DNA from: Lama guanicoe
Taxonomy: Eukaryota
Reading direction: 5' to 3'
Length of the DNA stretch: 64,000 nucleotides
Assembly: GCA_013239625.1 (NCBI GenBank)
Contig: MU053758.1
Coordinates: forward strand, 3,411,854 to 3,475,853
The notes under the pieces are model-generated. The model was not told the DNA's origin and made no database searches. It worked only from the letters and a program-made list of their open reading frames with translations. The translations under genes were made by a program, and so were the position numbers. How positions within the stretch are numbered: the stretch's first letter is position 1; the number at the start of each line of letters is the position of its first letter. Of the stretch, positions 1-18,162 are shown one piece after another.

Positions 1-415
1 CATACACACACACACCCCTCATGGTAGCCACACACTAAAATCTATAGTAGACACACACACACAAAAGGAGAAAGGAATCCAACTATAACTCTAAAGATAG
101 TCTTCAAACACAAGACAACAGAGCAAAATAAGAAAGGAACAAAAAAAAAACCAATAAAATGAAAAAAATAGCAATAATTACATACTTATCAATAATTACT
201 TTAAATGTAAATGGGCTAAATCAAAAGACAGAGTGACTAAGTAGATAAAAACAAGATCCATATACATGCTGCACACAGAAATTTACTTCAGATCTAATGA
301 CACACAGATTGAAAATGAGGGGATAGAAGATAATATTTCATAAAAATGGAAATGAAAAGAAAGCTGGGGTAGCAATACTTATATCAGACAAAATAGACTT
401 TAAAACAAAGACTGT

Positions 416-739
416 ACCCACTCCTGGGCATATATCCAGAAGGAACCCTACTTCAAAAAGACACCTGCACCCCAATATTCATAGCAGCACTATTTACAAT
501 AGCCAAGACATGGAAATAGCTTAAATGTCCATCAATAGATGACTGGATAAAGAAGATGTGGTATATTTATACAATGGAATACTATTCAGCCATAAAAATG
601 ACAACATAACACTATTTGCAGCAACATGGATGCTCCTGGAGAATGTCATTCTAAGTGAAGTAAGCCAGAAAAAGAAAGAAAAATACCATATGAGATCACT
701 CATATGTGCAATCTCAAAGAAAGGAAAGAAAGGAAGAAA

Positions 740-803
<64 letters not shown>

Positions 804-848
804 AAAGAAGAAAGAAAGAAAATGAAAAGAGAAAGAAAGAAAGAAACA

Positions 849-904
<56 letters not shown>

Positions 905-1286
905 AAAAGAAAGAAAGAAAGAAAGAAAAGAAAGAAAGAAAGACAAATGAACATAAATACAAAACAGAAACAGACTCATAGACATAGAATACAAACTTGT
1001 GGTTACCAGAGGGGAGAGGGGTGGGAAGGGACAGACTGGGAGTTCAAAATTTGTAGATACTGACAGGCATATGTAGAATAGATAAACAAGACTATACTGT
1101 ATAGCACAGGGAAATATATACAAGATCTTGTGGTAGCTCACAGTGAAAAAGAAAGCGACAATGAATATATGTATGCTCATGTATAACTGAAAAATTGTGC
1201 TCTACACTGGAATTTGACACAACATTGTAAAATGACTATAACTCAATAAAAAAAGTTTAAAAATGGGAAAAATAAAAAAAATAAGG
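416..1286 (+). mobile_element. Younger 5'-truncated L1 3' end nested in the older L1
   Basis: L1 3'UTR ending aataaa + A-rich tail; TSD caaagactgt at 406-415 and 1287-1296; host ORF2 resumes after it. Confidence 0.85.
717..942 (+). repeat. (GAAA)n microsatellite, ~225 bp
   Basis: Direct inspection; lies inside the L1 3'UTR A-tract. Confidence 0.95.
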
Positions 1287-4200
1287 CAAAGACTGTGACA
1301 ACAGACAAAGAAAGATGTTACATAATCATAAAGGGATCAATTTAACAAGAAGAGATAACAATTATAAATGTATATGGATCCAACATATGAGTGCCCAAAC
1401 ACACAAAGCAAATATTCACAAAAAACATATAAAGGGAGAAGTTGACAGTAACACAATAATTGTATGGAACTATAATACCCCACTTACATCAATGGACAGA
1501 TCATCCAGACAGAATATCAATAAGGAAACACTGGCTTTAAACAACATGTTAGATTAAATAGACTTAATAGATGTATACAGAACATTTCCCTCCCAAACAG
1601 CAGAATACACATGCTTTTCAAATATATATGGAACATTCTCCACAATGAACAATATGCTAAGCCACAAAACAAGACTCAATAAATAAGACCTAGTTCCTTT
1701 AGGTGTAAAATTAGATTGTTTATTTGAAATTTTTATTGTTTCCTAAGGTAGGCTTGGATCGCTGTGAACTTCCTTCTTGGAGCTGCTTTTGCTGTGTCCC
1801 ATAGGTTTTGGATCATGGTGTTTCCATTTTCATCGTCTCAGATGTTTTTTGATTTCCTCTTTGATTTCTTCAGCAGCTTATTGATCATTTAGTAGCATGT
1901 TGTTTAGACTCCACATGTTTGTGGTTTTTGCAGTTTCTTCCCTTGTAGTTGATCTCTGTCTCATACTGTTGTAGTTGGAAAAGATGCTTGATTTCAATCT
2001 GCTTAAATTTATCTAGATTCATCAAGAAGAAGAAGAGAGGGCCCAAATAAATAAAACCAGAAATGAAAGAGGAGTGGTTACAACTAATACCACAGAAATA
2101 CAAAGGATTATAAGAGATTACTAAGGACAAGTATACATCAATTAAATGGAAACCCTAGAAGAAATGAATATACCTCTAGAAATATGCAACCTGCTAAGAC
2201 TGAATCAGGAGAAAACCGAGAATATGAACAGACTGCTTACCAGTAATGAAACTGAATCAATAATACAAAAAACTCCCAATGAACAAAAATCCAGGATCAG
2301 ATGGTGAATTTTAGCAAACATTTAAAGATGTTAAAGTTAACACCTATCCTTCTCAAACTATTCCAAAAAGTTGCAGAGGAAAGAATGCTTCTGAACTCAT
2401 TCTCCTAGGCCAGCATCACCCTGGTACCAAAACCAGGCAAGACACCACAAAAAAGGAAAATTACAGGCCAATATAATTGATAAGCATAGGTGCAAAATTC
2501 CTCAACAAAACCAAATTCAACAATAGATGAAAAGGATCATACACCATAATCAAATGGAATTTATCTCATGTGGGATGCAGGGGAAGGTTCGATAACTGCA
2601 AGTCAATCAGTGTGAAATGCCACATTAACAAACTGAAGAATTGAAAACTATATGATCATCTCAATACATGCAGAAAAAGCTTTTGACAAAATGCAGCACC
2701 CACTAATAATAAAACTCTTGGCAAAGTGGATGAGGAGGGAATACACCCAAAATAATAAATGCCATATGTGACAAACCCAACAGCCAACATTATACTCAAT
2801 CATGAAAAAGCTGAAAGCATTTCTTCTAAGATCAGGAACAAGACAACAAGCCCAGTCTCACCATTTTAATTCAAAATAGTATTGGAAATCTTAGCCATAG
2901 CAATCAGAGAAGAAAAAGAAATAAAAGAAATTCAAATTGAAAAGAAGTAAAACTGTCACTGTTTGCAGATGACATGATACTATATGTAAAATGTCTTAAA
3001 GACACTACCCCCAAACTATTAGAACTAATAAATAAATTCAGTAAAGTTACAGGATACAAAATTATTATACAGAAATCTATAGCATTTCTATATACTAATA
3101 ACAAACTATCAGAAAGAGAAATTAAGAAAACAATCCCATATACAATTAAATCAACTATAATAAAATACCTAGAAATAAATTTAACCAGGAGGCAAAAGAC
3201 TTGTACTCTGAAAACTATAAGACATTGATGAAGGAAACTGAAGATCATGCAAACAATTGAAATACGTACTGTGTTCATGGACTGGAAGAAATAATATTGT
3301 TAAATAACTGTATTACCTAAGGCAGCGTACAGATTCAGTGCAATCACTATAGAAATACCAAAGGAATTTTTCACAGAACTAGAACAAATAATCCTAAAAT
3401 TTGTGTGGAACCACGAAAGACCCCCAAATAGACAAAGCAATCTTGAGAAAGGAGAACAAAGCTGGAGGTGTCACACTCCCTGACTTCAAACTATACCATA
3501 AAGCTATAGCAATCAAAACAGTATGGTATGGGCACAAAAACAGACACATAGATCAGTGGCTGAGAATAGATAGCCCAGAAATAAACCCACACACATATGG
3601 TCACTTAATCTATGATAAAGAATGCAAGAATATACAATGGGGAAAAGACAGTCTCTTCAGTAAGTGGTGTTGGGATAACTGGACAGCTACATGTAAAACA
3701 ATGAAATGAGACCTTTTTTTTTTCTCCACACCAAATGCAAAAATAAACTCAAAATGGATTAAAGCCTTAAATGTAAGTCCTGAGACCATGAAACTCCTGG
3801 AAGAAAATGTAGACAGGATGCTGTTTGACATTGATCTTAGCAATAATATTTTTTTGGATATGTCTCCTTAGGCAAGGGCAACAAAAACAAAAATAAACAA
3901 ATGGGACTATGTTAAATTAAAAAGCTTTTGCACAGCAAAGAAAACCATCAACAAACCTAAAAGGCTGCCTACTGAATTGGAGAAGAGATTCGCAAATGAT
4001 ATATATGATAAGGGGTTACTATCCAAAATAAACAAATAACTCATACAACTCAACATCAAAAAAACTGAAACAACCTAATTAAAAATGGGCAGAAAACCTG
4101 AACTGACATTTTCCCAAAGACATCCAGATGGCCAACAGACACTTTAAAAGATGTTCATCATCACTAATCATAGCAACTTGCAAGTCAAACTCACAACCGT

Positions 4201-4878
4201 CAGAATGGCTTTCATCAGAAAGTTTTTATTTTTTTTTTATTTTTTATGTCTGCACCTGCTGGTGTTTCTGGGTTCTTGGTTTCTTCAGCTCCCAAATCTG
4301 AGATATATGAGGCAAAAAAGCCCAGGGAAATCACCACTGTTATTCCTTGAATATCAAGGGTTTTTGTAGTGTTGAAGTCTCCTTCCACCTGTCATAGTCT
4401 ATTTTTGTTTGTTTTATATGTAATTGCCAGGATTTTTAGCCATACATACTTAGGAAAAGGAATGGGAAATGTACATCTACTTCATTTTTCTGGAAGTGGA
4501 AGTTCTCTATTTTGCTGTTTACATGTGTGTGAAGTGTGTGAGACATTCTTATACTCTGAATGTCCAAAAAGAGACCAATGTACCTTATTTATTTTATGCA
4601 ACTATTAAAATAATGATCATGAGACAATCTCATAATTTTATTAGGAATGAAAATGCTTGGATTACATAGTGAAAAAATAGGTCAAACTATATGCATATGC
4701 AACTATGATTACCACCATATGGAAAAACCCATTGTAAGAAAGAAAACTGAAAGTTCCCAAAATGCTGACAATGGATGTTTGGAGTATGGAATTATAAGTG
4801 ATTTTTGCCTTTCATGTGCCAAATTGGAAAAAAAAAAGAATCTGGTACTTTCCTAATTAAAAGTAAAGTAGAATACAA

Positions 4879-4884
4879 TTTATT
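4879..4884 (-). terminator. Candidate poly(A) signal of KRT40
   Basis: First AATAAA I found on the minus strand downstream of the stop (~480 bp). Confidence 0.4.
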
Positions 4885-5365
4885 GTATTCCTAATTTTTT
4901 TCTCAGAATGACACATACAACTGTCTTCCATGATATATGACATCTTACATGATGAGCTAAATAATCAATTTGTATTTGAGGAGTTAAAAATATTTTCATC
5001 CTGGGTTTATGCAAAAATCAAACTACCAGATGGGTTTAGACAATTGCCTTGGTATTGAATGGTTATTATTATCAACAGGAATAAGCCGCAAAGGTTCATT
5101 TACCATGCTGAAGGAATGAAAACACTGTATTTGGAGAAAACTTTATAGCAAGAAAGTTTTATGCTCCTAGAATATCACAAATAACCATCAGGAGAGGAAA
5201 TGGTGAAACAGAAACACGTCTTGGATGCTTAGAGGACAGTTTTAGGATATGAAAGGCTTCTTAACTTTGAGTTTCAAGTTTGGGTGTCCCTGATTGAAGC
5301 ACCATCTCCTTTCCAGGGTGCTGCTGGCTTCTGTTCCTCTGTCTGCCGTGCTGGGTGTTTAACCT

Positions 5366-10391
<5,026 letters not shown>

Positions 10392-10457
10392 CCTAGCAGG
10401 TGTGAAGGACAAAGACTCCAGTTGCTTGCCTCCAAAAGGCTCCTTCCTTCCTGAGAC

Positions 10458-10466
10458 TTTTATATA
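10458..10466 (-). promoter_or_regulatory. TATA box of KRT40
   Basis: TATATAAAA on the minus strand ~67 bp upstream of the ATG. Confidence 0.75.
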
Positions 10467-11103
10467 GCCCCCGAAATGGGTGTTTACAGTAGGCACCAGA
10501 TGTTTTCCAGTGCTGGTTTTCATATGAACACTCATTAGTGCTGTTTATTTGCTGAGGTAGAGTTTTATGCCTCATAAAAGAGGCATAACTTCAGGTTACT
10601 AAATAAGGACACCATTTCCATGTAGGATAAAATGCTCGTTTCAGAAAATCTTTAACAGAACAATGAAAGAAAGAGAAAATTTAGCCAATCAGTAATTATA
10701 GATACAACTGATTACACATAAGAAAAGTAATATTCCCACAGATTTTGATTCTGTGCATTGAAATTTGTTTATGTTCTTCTTTGAAACATCAATATTACAA
10801 CTCATTAAATGCCATATATTTGTTTGTTCCTCCAACGTAAAAATGTTCTGTGTGATTAGCAATGCTTTTCGTGGTCTTGCTCTATTCACTTGTTGGAGGA
10901 GTGAGGTGTGTACTGGGTTTAAAGTATGTGTGTGTATGAACCATACCTGCCTGTGTGCCCCTTGAAAAGTCACTTTGTATAACTGATGGGCAAAATTTTT
11001 GCCCTCCAAGGAAAAATATAAATTGGTTCTCAAGACCTGGAGTTGTGATCTTTATTTTCCTGAAACTTGTCTTTTCCACATTTCCTGTGCCTCATTTGTA
11101 TTT

Positions 11104-11148
11104 GTATATATATATATATATATATACATTTGTATATATATATATATA
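11104..11148. repeat. (TA)n microsatellite, interrupted
   Basis: Direct inspection. Confidence 0.85.
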
Positions 11149-11264
11149 TTTTTCACCTATATCTCTAATAGGAATGAAATACAAATTCTAAGTTATAACC
11201 CTTCAGTCTCTGAGGAAAGTAAGCCCTCATTAAATTATACGTCAGAGTTGGGGCAAGGGAGCTA

Positions 11265-12490
11265 CAGTGATATCTCATTGTGGTTTTGATTTGCGCTTCC
11301 CTGATGGTTAATTGATATTGAGCGACTTTTCTGTGCTTGTTGGCCATCTGCATTTCCTCTTTGGAAAAATGTCTATTCAGTTTTTCTGCCCATTTTTTAA
11401 TCGAGTTGATTGTGTTTTTTTTGATGTTGAGTTGTATGAGCTGTTTACAACCCCTTGTCGGTCATATCATTTGCAAATATTCTTTCCCATTCAGTAAGTT
11501 GTCTTTTTGTTTTGTTGATGGTTTCCTTTGTGGTGTAAAAGCTTTTAAGTTTAATTGGGTCTCATTTGTTTATTTTTGCTTTTATTTCTTTTACTTTAGG
11601 AGACAGATCCAAAAGAATATTGGTGCGATTTATGTCAAAGAGTATTCTATGTTTCTTTTAGGGGTGTTATAGTATCTGCTCTTACATTTAGGTCTTTAAT
11701 CCATTTTGAGTTTATTTTTGGGTAGGGTGTTAGAGAATGTTCTAATGTCATTCTTTTACACGCAGCTTTCCAGTTTTCCCAGCACCACTTATTGAAGAGA
11801 TTGTCTTTTCTCCACTGTATATTCTTGCCTCCTTTGTTGTAGATTAATTGACCACAAGCGTGTAGGTTTATTTCTGGGCTCTCTGTCCTGTTCCATTAAT
11901 AGACGTGTCTGTTTTTGTGCCAGTACCATATAGTCTGCTACTTTTGTGTCTTATTTCTTTCATTCAGTATCTGGTTTTTAATTCATCCATGTTGTCACTT
12001 ACATCAGCAGTTTGTTCTTTTTCTTTTATAAAAAGCTGCTGAAGAGTATTTTATTGAATGACTGTACTATAGTTTGTTGTCCATTCTCCTATGGGTGAAC
12101 ATTTGGGTTATTTCTGTTTGAAGATATTATGAATACAACTTCTATAAATATTCTTGTATGAAAATTTCTGTGGATATGTATTTTCATTTCTCTTGGGTAA
12201 ATATCTAGGAGTAGAGTGGTTGAGTCATAGAGAAGGTATATGTTTCTTTTTATAAGAAACTATTAGACTTTTTCCCCAGTGTGATTATACCATTTTACAC
12301 TCTTGACAATAATGAATGAGAGATTTAGTTCCTCCATATCTTCACCAACATTTGGTATTGACATTTTAGTCAGTGCAATCGCAGTTTAATTTACATTTCT
12401 CTTTTGACTAATGATGTTGAACAACTTTTCATGCATTTATTGGCTCTTTGGGTATTTTCTTTTGTGAAGCAACTCTTCAAATCTCTTGAC
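11265..12490 (-). mobile_element. L1 fragments (ORF2 3' part and older L1 3'UTR)
   Basis: Minus-strand translation MQMANKH...[13 protein letters not shown] resembles the ORF2 C-terminus; adjacent older L1M-like sequence. Confidence 0.75.
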
Positions 12491-12944
12491 TATTTTTCGT
12501 GGGCTGTTTATCCAGGAGAAAGAATATGTCACTTGACAATATATTCTCTACTGTTCCTCTAAATTTACCATTACTGTGCGTGTGTGTGTGTGTAGGTTGT
12601 GTTTACCCTTCTTGGATTTGTTGGTTTTTATCCTGCTTAAACTTGTTGAGATTCTTGAATTTGTGGGTTTATAAAGTATATCGCTAAATTTGGAAAAAAT
12701 TCAGCTCCCCCACCAATTTTTATGCACCACTTTCTCTCTCCAGTCATTCTGGGACTCCGGTTTCATGTATGTTAGACCACTTGATACTGTCCTAGAAGCT
12801 CAAGTTCTGTTCATTTTTTTCAAAAAAATCTTTTTAGGTTTTTCAGTGTTTTCGTTTTGATAATTTGAATCTACCTTAAGATTATTTTGAGCCATCTTAA
12901 TTTACTGACCTCACTTTTAATTGGCGGTTTCCATTCTGATGTTC

Positions 12945-15900
12945 ATTTCTTCTAAGTTGTCCAATCTATTGCCATATAGTTGTTCACAGTATTCTCTTAT
13001 GATTTTTTGAATTTCTGTAGCATTGGTTGTAATCTCGCCATTTCTTATTTTGTTTATTTGTGTTCTCGCTCTTTTCTTCTTGGTGAGCCTGGCCAGAGGT
13101 TTGTCAATTTTGTTTACACTTTCAAAAAAACAGCTCTTGGTGTGAATGATTTTTTTTCTATTTTTTAAAATCTTTATTTTCTTTATTTCCTCCCTGATCT
13201 TTATTAATTCTTTCCTTCCACTGACTTTGGCTTTTGTTTGTTCTTCTTTTTCTAATCCTTTTAGGTGGTAGGTTAGGCTGTTTATTTGAGTTTTTTTTTT
13301 TTTTTTTGAGGAAGGCCTGTATCACTATGAACTTCCCTCTTAGGACTACTTTTGCTGCATCCCATAGATTTTATGTGGTTGTGTTTTCATTGTCGTTTGT
13401 CTCAAGGTATTGACCCATTGGTTTTTTTAGTAACATGTTGTTTAGTCTCCATGCTGTCGTTTTTTACTCCTTTGTTCTTCTGTGGTTGATTTCTAGTTTC
13501 ATGGCATTGTGGTCAGAAAAGATACTTGAAACAATTTCTGTCCTCTTAAATTTGTTGAGGCTTTTTTTGTGCCCAAGTGTGTGGTCTATTATTTCAGAGA
13601 ATTTTCCATGAGCACTTGAAAAGGATGTATATTCTGTTTGGGGGGATTTAATGTCCTAAAAATATCAACCAAATCCAACTGTTACATTGTGTCATTTAGT
13701 ATCTCCATTGCCTTAGAATTTGTCTGGAAGACCTTTCCAGTGGTGTTAGTAGGGTGTTAAAGTCTCCTGCTATTATTGTATGCTCATCAATTTCTCCCTT
13801 TATGTCTGTTAGTCTTTTAAAAATATATTTAGGTGCTCCTATATTGGGTGCATATATGTTAAGTGTAATAGCTTTATCTTGTATTGCTTTTTTGATCATT
13901 ATATAGTGTGCTTTTTTATCTCTCTTTATGGCCTTTGTTTTAAAGTCTATTTTGTCTGATATGAGTATTGCTACTCCCACTTTCTTGTCATTCCCATTTG
14001 CATGAAATATCTTTTTCCACCCTCTCACTTTCAATCTATGTGTGTCCTTTATTCTAAAGTGGATCTCTTGTAGGCAGCATATTGTAGGCTTTTGTTTTAT
14101 TATCAAATCTGCCAATCTGTGTCTTTTGACTGGAGCATTTAATCCATTGACATTTATAGTAATTATTGATAGATGTGTGTTTTTGGCCATTTTGAACTTT
14201 GTTTTCCAGTTGATTTGGTATTTCTTCTTTGTTCCTTTCTTTTCCTTTTTGTTTTTCTTTTTGTGGTTTGATAATTTTCTTTTGTATTACCTTGATTTCT
14301 TTTTGGTTTTAAGACTCTATTTTATGCTTTTGATTTGTGGTTACCCTGTTTTTCAAATATGTTAACCCCTTACTTTATCTGTTTGCTTTAGGCTGATAGC
14401 CATGTGGGTTCAAACACATCCCAAAAAGAACAAAGAAAAGTGGAGAGACAGAGGGAAAAAAATCTGTATTTTCTTGCTCCCCTCACCCATCTTTTATGAT
14501 TTTGATATTCTTTATTTTTATTTATTTATTTTTACATCTTCATGTTCATTCTCTTGTATTTCACTGTAGTTATTACATTTCCAATTATGGTTTTCTCAAT
14601 TCTATAGCTTCCTGTTTCTTTTCTATCTAGAGTAGGCCTTTCAATATTTCTTTTGGCATAGGTTTAGTATTGCTGAATTCTTTTAGTTTTCGCTTGTCTC
14701 TGAAATTCTTTATCTTTCCTTCTACTTTAAAGTATAGTCTTGCCAGATACAGTACCGTAGGTTTCACCTTTTTCTCATTCAGGACTTTGAACATTTCTTG
14801 CCACTCCCTTCTGGCTAGCAGTGTTTGTGTAGAGAAATCAGCTGAAAGCCTTATGTGGGTTCCCTTGTAATTAACTCTTTGTTTTTCTCTTGCTGCCTTT
14901 AGAATCCTTTCTTTATCTTTAAATTTGGCCATCTTAATTATAATATGTCTTGGTGTGGGTCTGTTTGGGTTCTTCTTGTTTGGGACCCTCTGTGACTCCT
15001 ACACTTGGATATCTGTTTCCTTCTTTAGGTTTGGAAAGTTTTCAGTCATGATTTCTTCAAATACCTTTTCAATCCCTTTTTCTCTTTCTTCTCCTTCTGG
15101 GACCCCTATTATGTGTAGGTTGGCATGCTTTATATTATCTCATAGGTCCCTTATATTGCTTTTGTTGGTTTTTATTTGCTTTCCTATCTGTTTTTCTGAT
15201 TGGGTGACTTCTGTTATCCTGTCTTCTAAGTCACTTATTCATTCCTCTGCATTATCTAGTCTGCTTTTGACTGCCTTTAGCTCGGCTCTTATCTCAGCAA
15301 TTGAGTTTTCTGTTTTGAATTGGCTCTTATTTATAGTTTTATTTTCCTTTTTAAAGTATTTTCTGTCTCTACTGATAGTCTCTTTTAGTTCCTTTATTGC
15401 ATTGATCCTTCCCTTTTTGAAGTCATGATCTAGTAGACTATCCAGGTCTGTTTCATTGATCATTCTTTCAGGGGATTTCTCTTGTTCTTTTAGTTGGGAG
15501 TTCTTCTGCTTCTTCATTTTACTTATATTTCTCTGGCTCTATGGATTTAGGAGTATCAGTTATCTACTGTGGTCTTGAAGGACTGTTTTATTTTTTGTTT
15601 GTTTTTATTTAAACTGGGAGCATTCCTGTGTAGACTGTATGCATCTGGTAGTTTTGTTGTGATGGCTGTTCTTAGTATAGATGGTTGCCATGTCTTTCTT
15701 CTGTGAATGTTGGCTGTTATCCCTTTGATTGGGGTGTGGTTCATGTTGTGGTGATCAGAGTCTTCCCTGATTGTTGTTGCTGAGCAGGGCCTCTTTTTTT
15801 GTTCTGTAGATGTCACAGCCTTGACAGGGGCTTGGTCTGCTCCCCTGTTGCTGGAATAGAGGCTCTTAGACACGTTTCTGAGCTCTGGTGTGTAGTAGGC

Positions 15901-17092
15901 AGAGTCAGAGTACTTCATCTGAGAAGAAGAGTAGGCATGAGATGTCCACTGGGAAATGTCCTCTGTGGTGTTGTCTGTCACTTGTTATGCAGGCTTACAA
16001 AGTCCTCTTTGTTGACGCTGCCTTTGTCCCCTCCTTAGCTGTGGGAATGTTGGCCACCTGCTCTGATGTCCTCCAGGTTCTGAGCCCCAGGAACCACCAG
16101 TGCAGATCCGCCAATGTCAGGTACTAGGACCTGCCATAGCAAGCATGCAGTCACATGCCTAAATCTGTGGTGTGCCACAGTGTCTGTGCCGATCCCAGCC
16201 CTACCTCCGCATACAATATGGTGTGCCAGCCTGTTGTAGATACCTGTACTTGCCCACTCACTGCCTTTTCGTCCAAGAGGTGCAGGTCCACAGGGGTCCA
16301 GAGAGAACAAATCTTCCCTTTCTGCCTGGGGCTGTGAAGAAATCTCAGCCCCGCTCTTGCAGTTGCAGAGCATGGATTCAGCCTTCAGCCTTGCCTCTGC
16401 GCAGCAGTGATGGCTATGACTGAGCCCCATCTCTCTTCTCGCGAGAACACAGCAGCAATGGAGCCAAGTGGAGAAAGCAGCTTTTGTGCGTCTGCATCGT
16501 GCTTCTGCCCCCAACACCAAGAGTGGTGTTTTTTTATGGGGGGGGTTCCTAGTCTGTTCTATTCCACACACACCCTCAGCTAGAGCTCACACTGCCCTCC
16601 AGTCCCCTGAGGCTGCCTTCATGCAGTGGGCTCCTGCCCTCTGCCTGGGCTTCTCACTGATCCCCAGCAGCCAATCCCAGCTCATTCCTGCCAGCTCGCA
16701 TCTAGGGCTGGGGATCACAGGGACCCTTTGTGGCAGTTTCCCTTAGTTCTATCTGCCAAGTGGTTGTCACTTTCTCCTCTGAGCCTCGGAAGCTCCACTT
16801 CTGTCCCTGCTGACCTTCCACCTGGAGAGGGCATATCCCAGCGTGAGGGTGCCTTTCTTCCTATGCCGCTCCCTCCCTGCAGGACTGGTCCTACACTAAT
16901 TTTTTCTTTTCTCTTTCTTCTCTTACCAGATTTTGTGAGAATCCTCCTGTATTTCGAAATGAGAGACACTCTGCCGGAGTTCAGTAGGTGTTCTGTGCGA
17001 TTCAGTGGGTTTGTAGATGTGATTCTTGCTGTATATGTGGAAGAGGGTGAGCTGTGAGTCTCTCTACTCTGCCATCTTGGCTCCGCTCCACC
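12945..17092 (-). mobile_element. L1 5' half: 5'UTR (~15518-17092), ORF1 remnant (~14627-15517), ORF2 endonuclease (from 14190)
   Basis: 5' end ggagcggagccaagatggcagag; ORF1 motifs AKFKDKERILKAAREKQRVNYKG..IRLSADFS; ORF2 start MAKNTHLSIITINVNGLNAPVKR...GDFNT. Confidence 0.9.
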
Positions 17093-17144
17093 TAGCCTTA
17101 ATTTCTTAATTGTTCTCAAGTTTGTGGTACCACAGCAGTTTATT

Positions 17145-17258
17145 TTATTTTATTTTTTTAACATTTTTTGTTGATTTATAATCATTTTACAATGTTGTGT
17201 CAAATTCCAGTGTTCAGCACAATTTTTCAGTCATTCATGGACATATACGCACTCATTG
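17145..17258 (-). mobile_element. Very short young L1 3' tail insertion
   Basis: Perfect 15-bp TSD ccacagcagtttatt at 17130-17144 and 17259-17273; same family as 416-1286. Confidence 0.85.
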
Positions 17259-18162
17259 CCACAGCAGTTTATTAATGTTATTGGTAGAGCATGTATTTTT
17301 TTTTAAATGCAATGTCTGGAATTCAGTAAATAATTGTTAATCATATGAAGGAATCAGTGGGTGTTGTGTATGTATCTGCCTCACCTTTCAGACAGTCAGC
17401 TCATTTTAAGCAGAGGTGGTAAAATACTGGGCACATAATAGATATTTAACAAGTGTTTATTGAGTGAATGACATTATTATGCTATTTTTTGCATAAATAG
17501 ATCATGCACCTTAATTAGTTGATATGTTATGTCACATTTGGTCTTCAGATCATGTTCAGTATTTCCCAACCAACCTCAAACCATTTTTTTTTGAAGTCAG
17601 TGAAAGTAAGCCCATATACTGGACCATTTTATATGTAAGGCCATTTAGTTTTCATAAAACAGCAAGAACAACAGAACCAAGAAATATTTGTATTGCCACT
17701 CTTTTCAGTTTTGCAGATGTTCCCAGTTCCTTAAAATGCTGACCTTTGGAGTTAAGAAACACATTTAATGAATTAACAGAAATAAACAGAAGTAATTGCA
17801 AACATTTGTGCTATGCCAGAGATGTAGAATTTATTAGAATAATCATGAGGAAGCTCCTCAGTTTCCAGAAAGATACCACCAAGAATTCCCAAAGCACCCA
17901 AGGAAAGATACACTTCAATATGAAAGAATTGAACTTTGGGAAGCCTGTAGGCATCCACCTATTCAAATTGCCTTTGGTTACTGTTAGCTGCTACATGGCC
18001 ATTGAAAGTCTCTCGGTTTCTTTTTTCTTTTCTTGGATCAAGCACCATCCTTGACCCAACTTCAAAAGCGGAGCCAATCAGTTGCAGGTATGGAAACAGG
18101 TGAACACTAAAGCTTCTGGGTTGACCCTTTCCATGTCAGGCACTGAGGGAAGCAGTCATCAA

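Larger units (their letters stand above)
1..4220 (+). mobile_element. Degraded LINE-1 (inter-ORF region and ORF2 EN/RT), interrupted by a younger L1 and containing an internal inversion
   Basis: ORF2 remnants: ...LFADDMILY (~2960-2985), [16 protein letters not shown]...[15 protein letters not shown] (3401-3709); many stops and frameshifts. Confidence 0.9.

Noticed and set aside
521..1180. Several long ORFs rich in K/E/R or F/L/S
   Set aside because: Artefacts of the stop-free (GAAA)n tract inside an L1 3'UTR.
10392..10535. In-frame upstream extension of KRT40 exon 1 (MSVHMK...)
   Set aside because: Its ATGs lie upstream of the TATA box; the keratin-like head starts at MTSDCS (10391).
15556..17119. 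Cluster of 130-180 aa ORFs
   Set aside because: They lie within the GC-richer L1 5'UTR and show no recognisable protein similarity.
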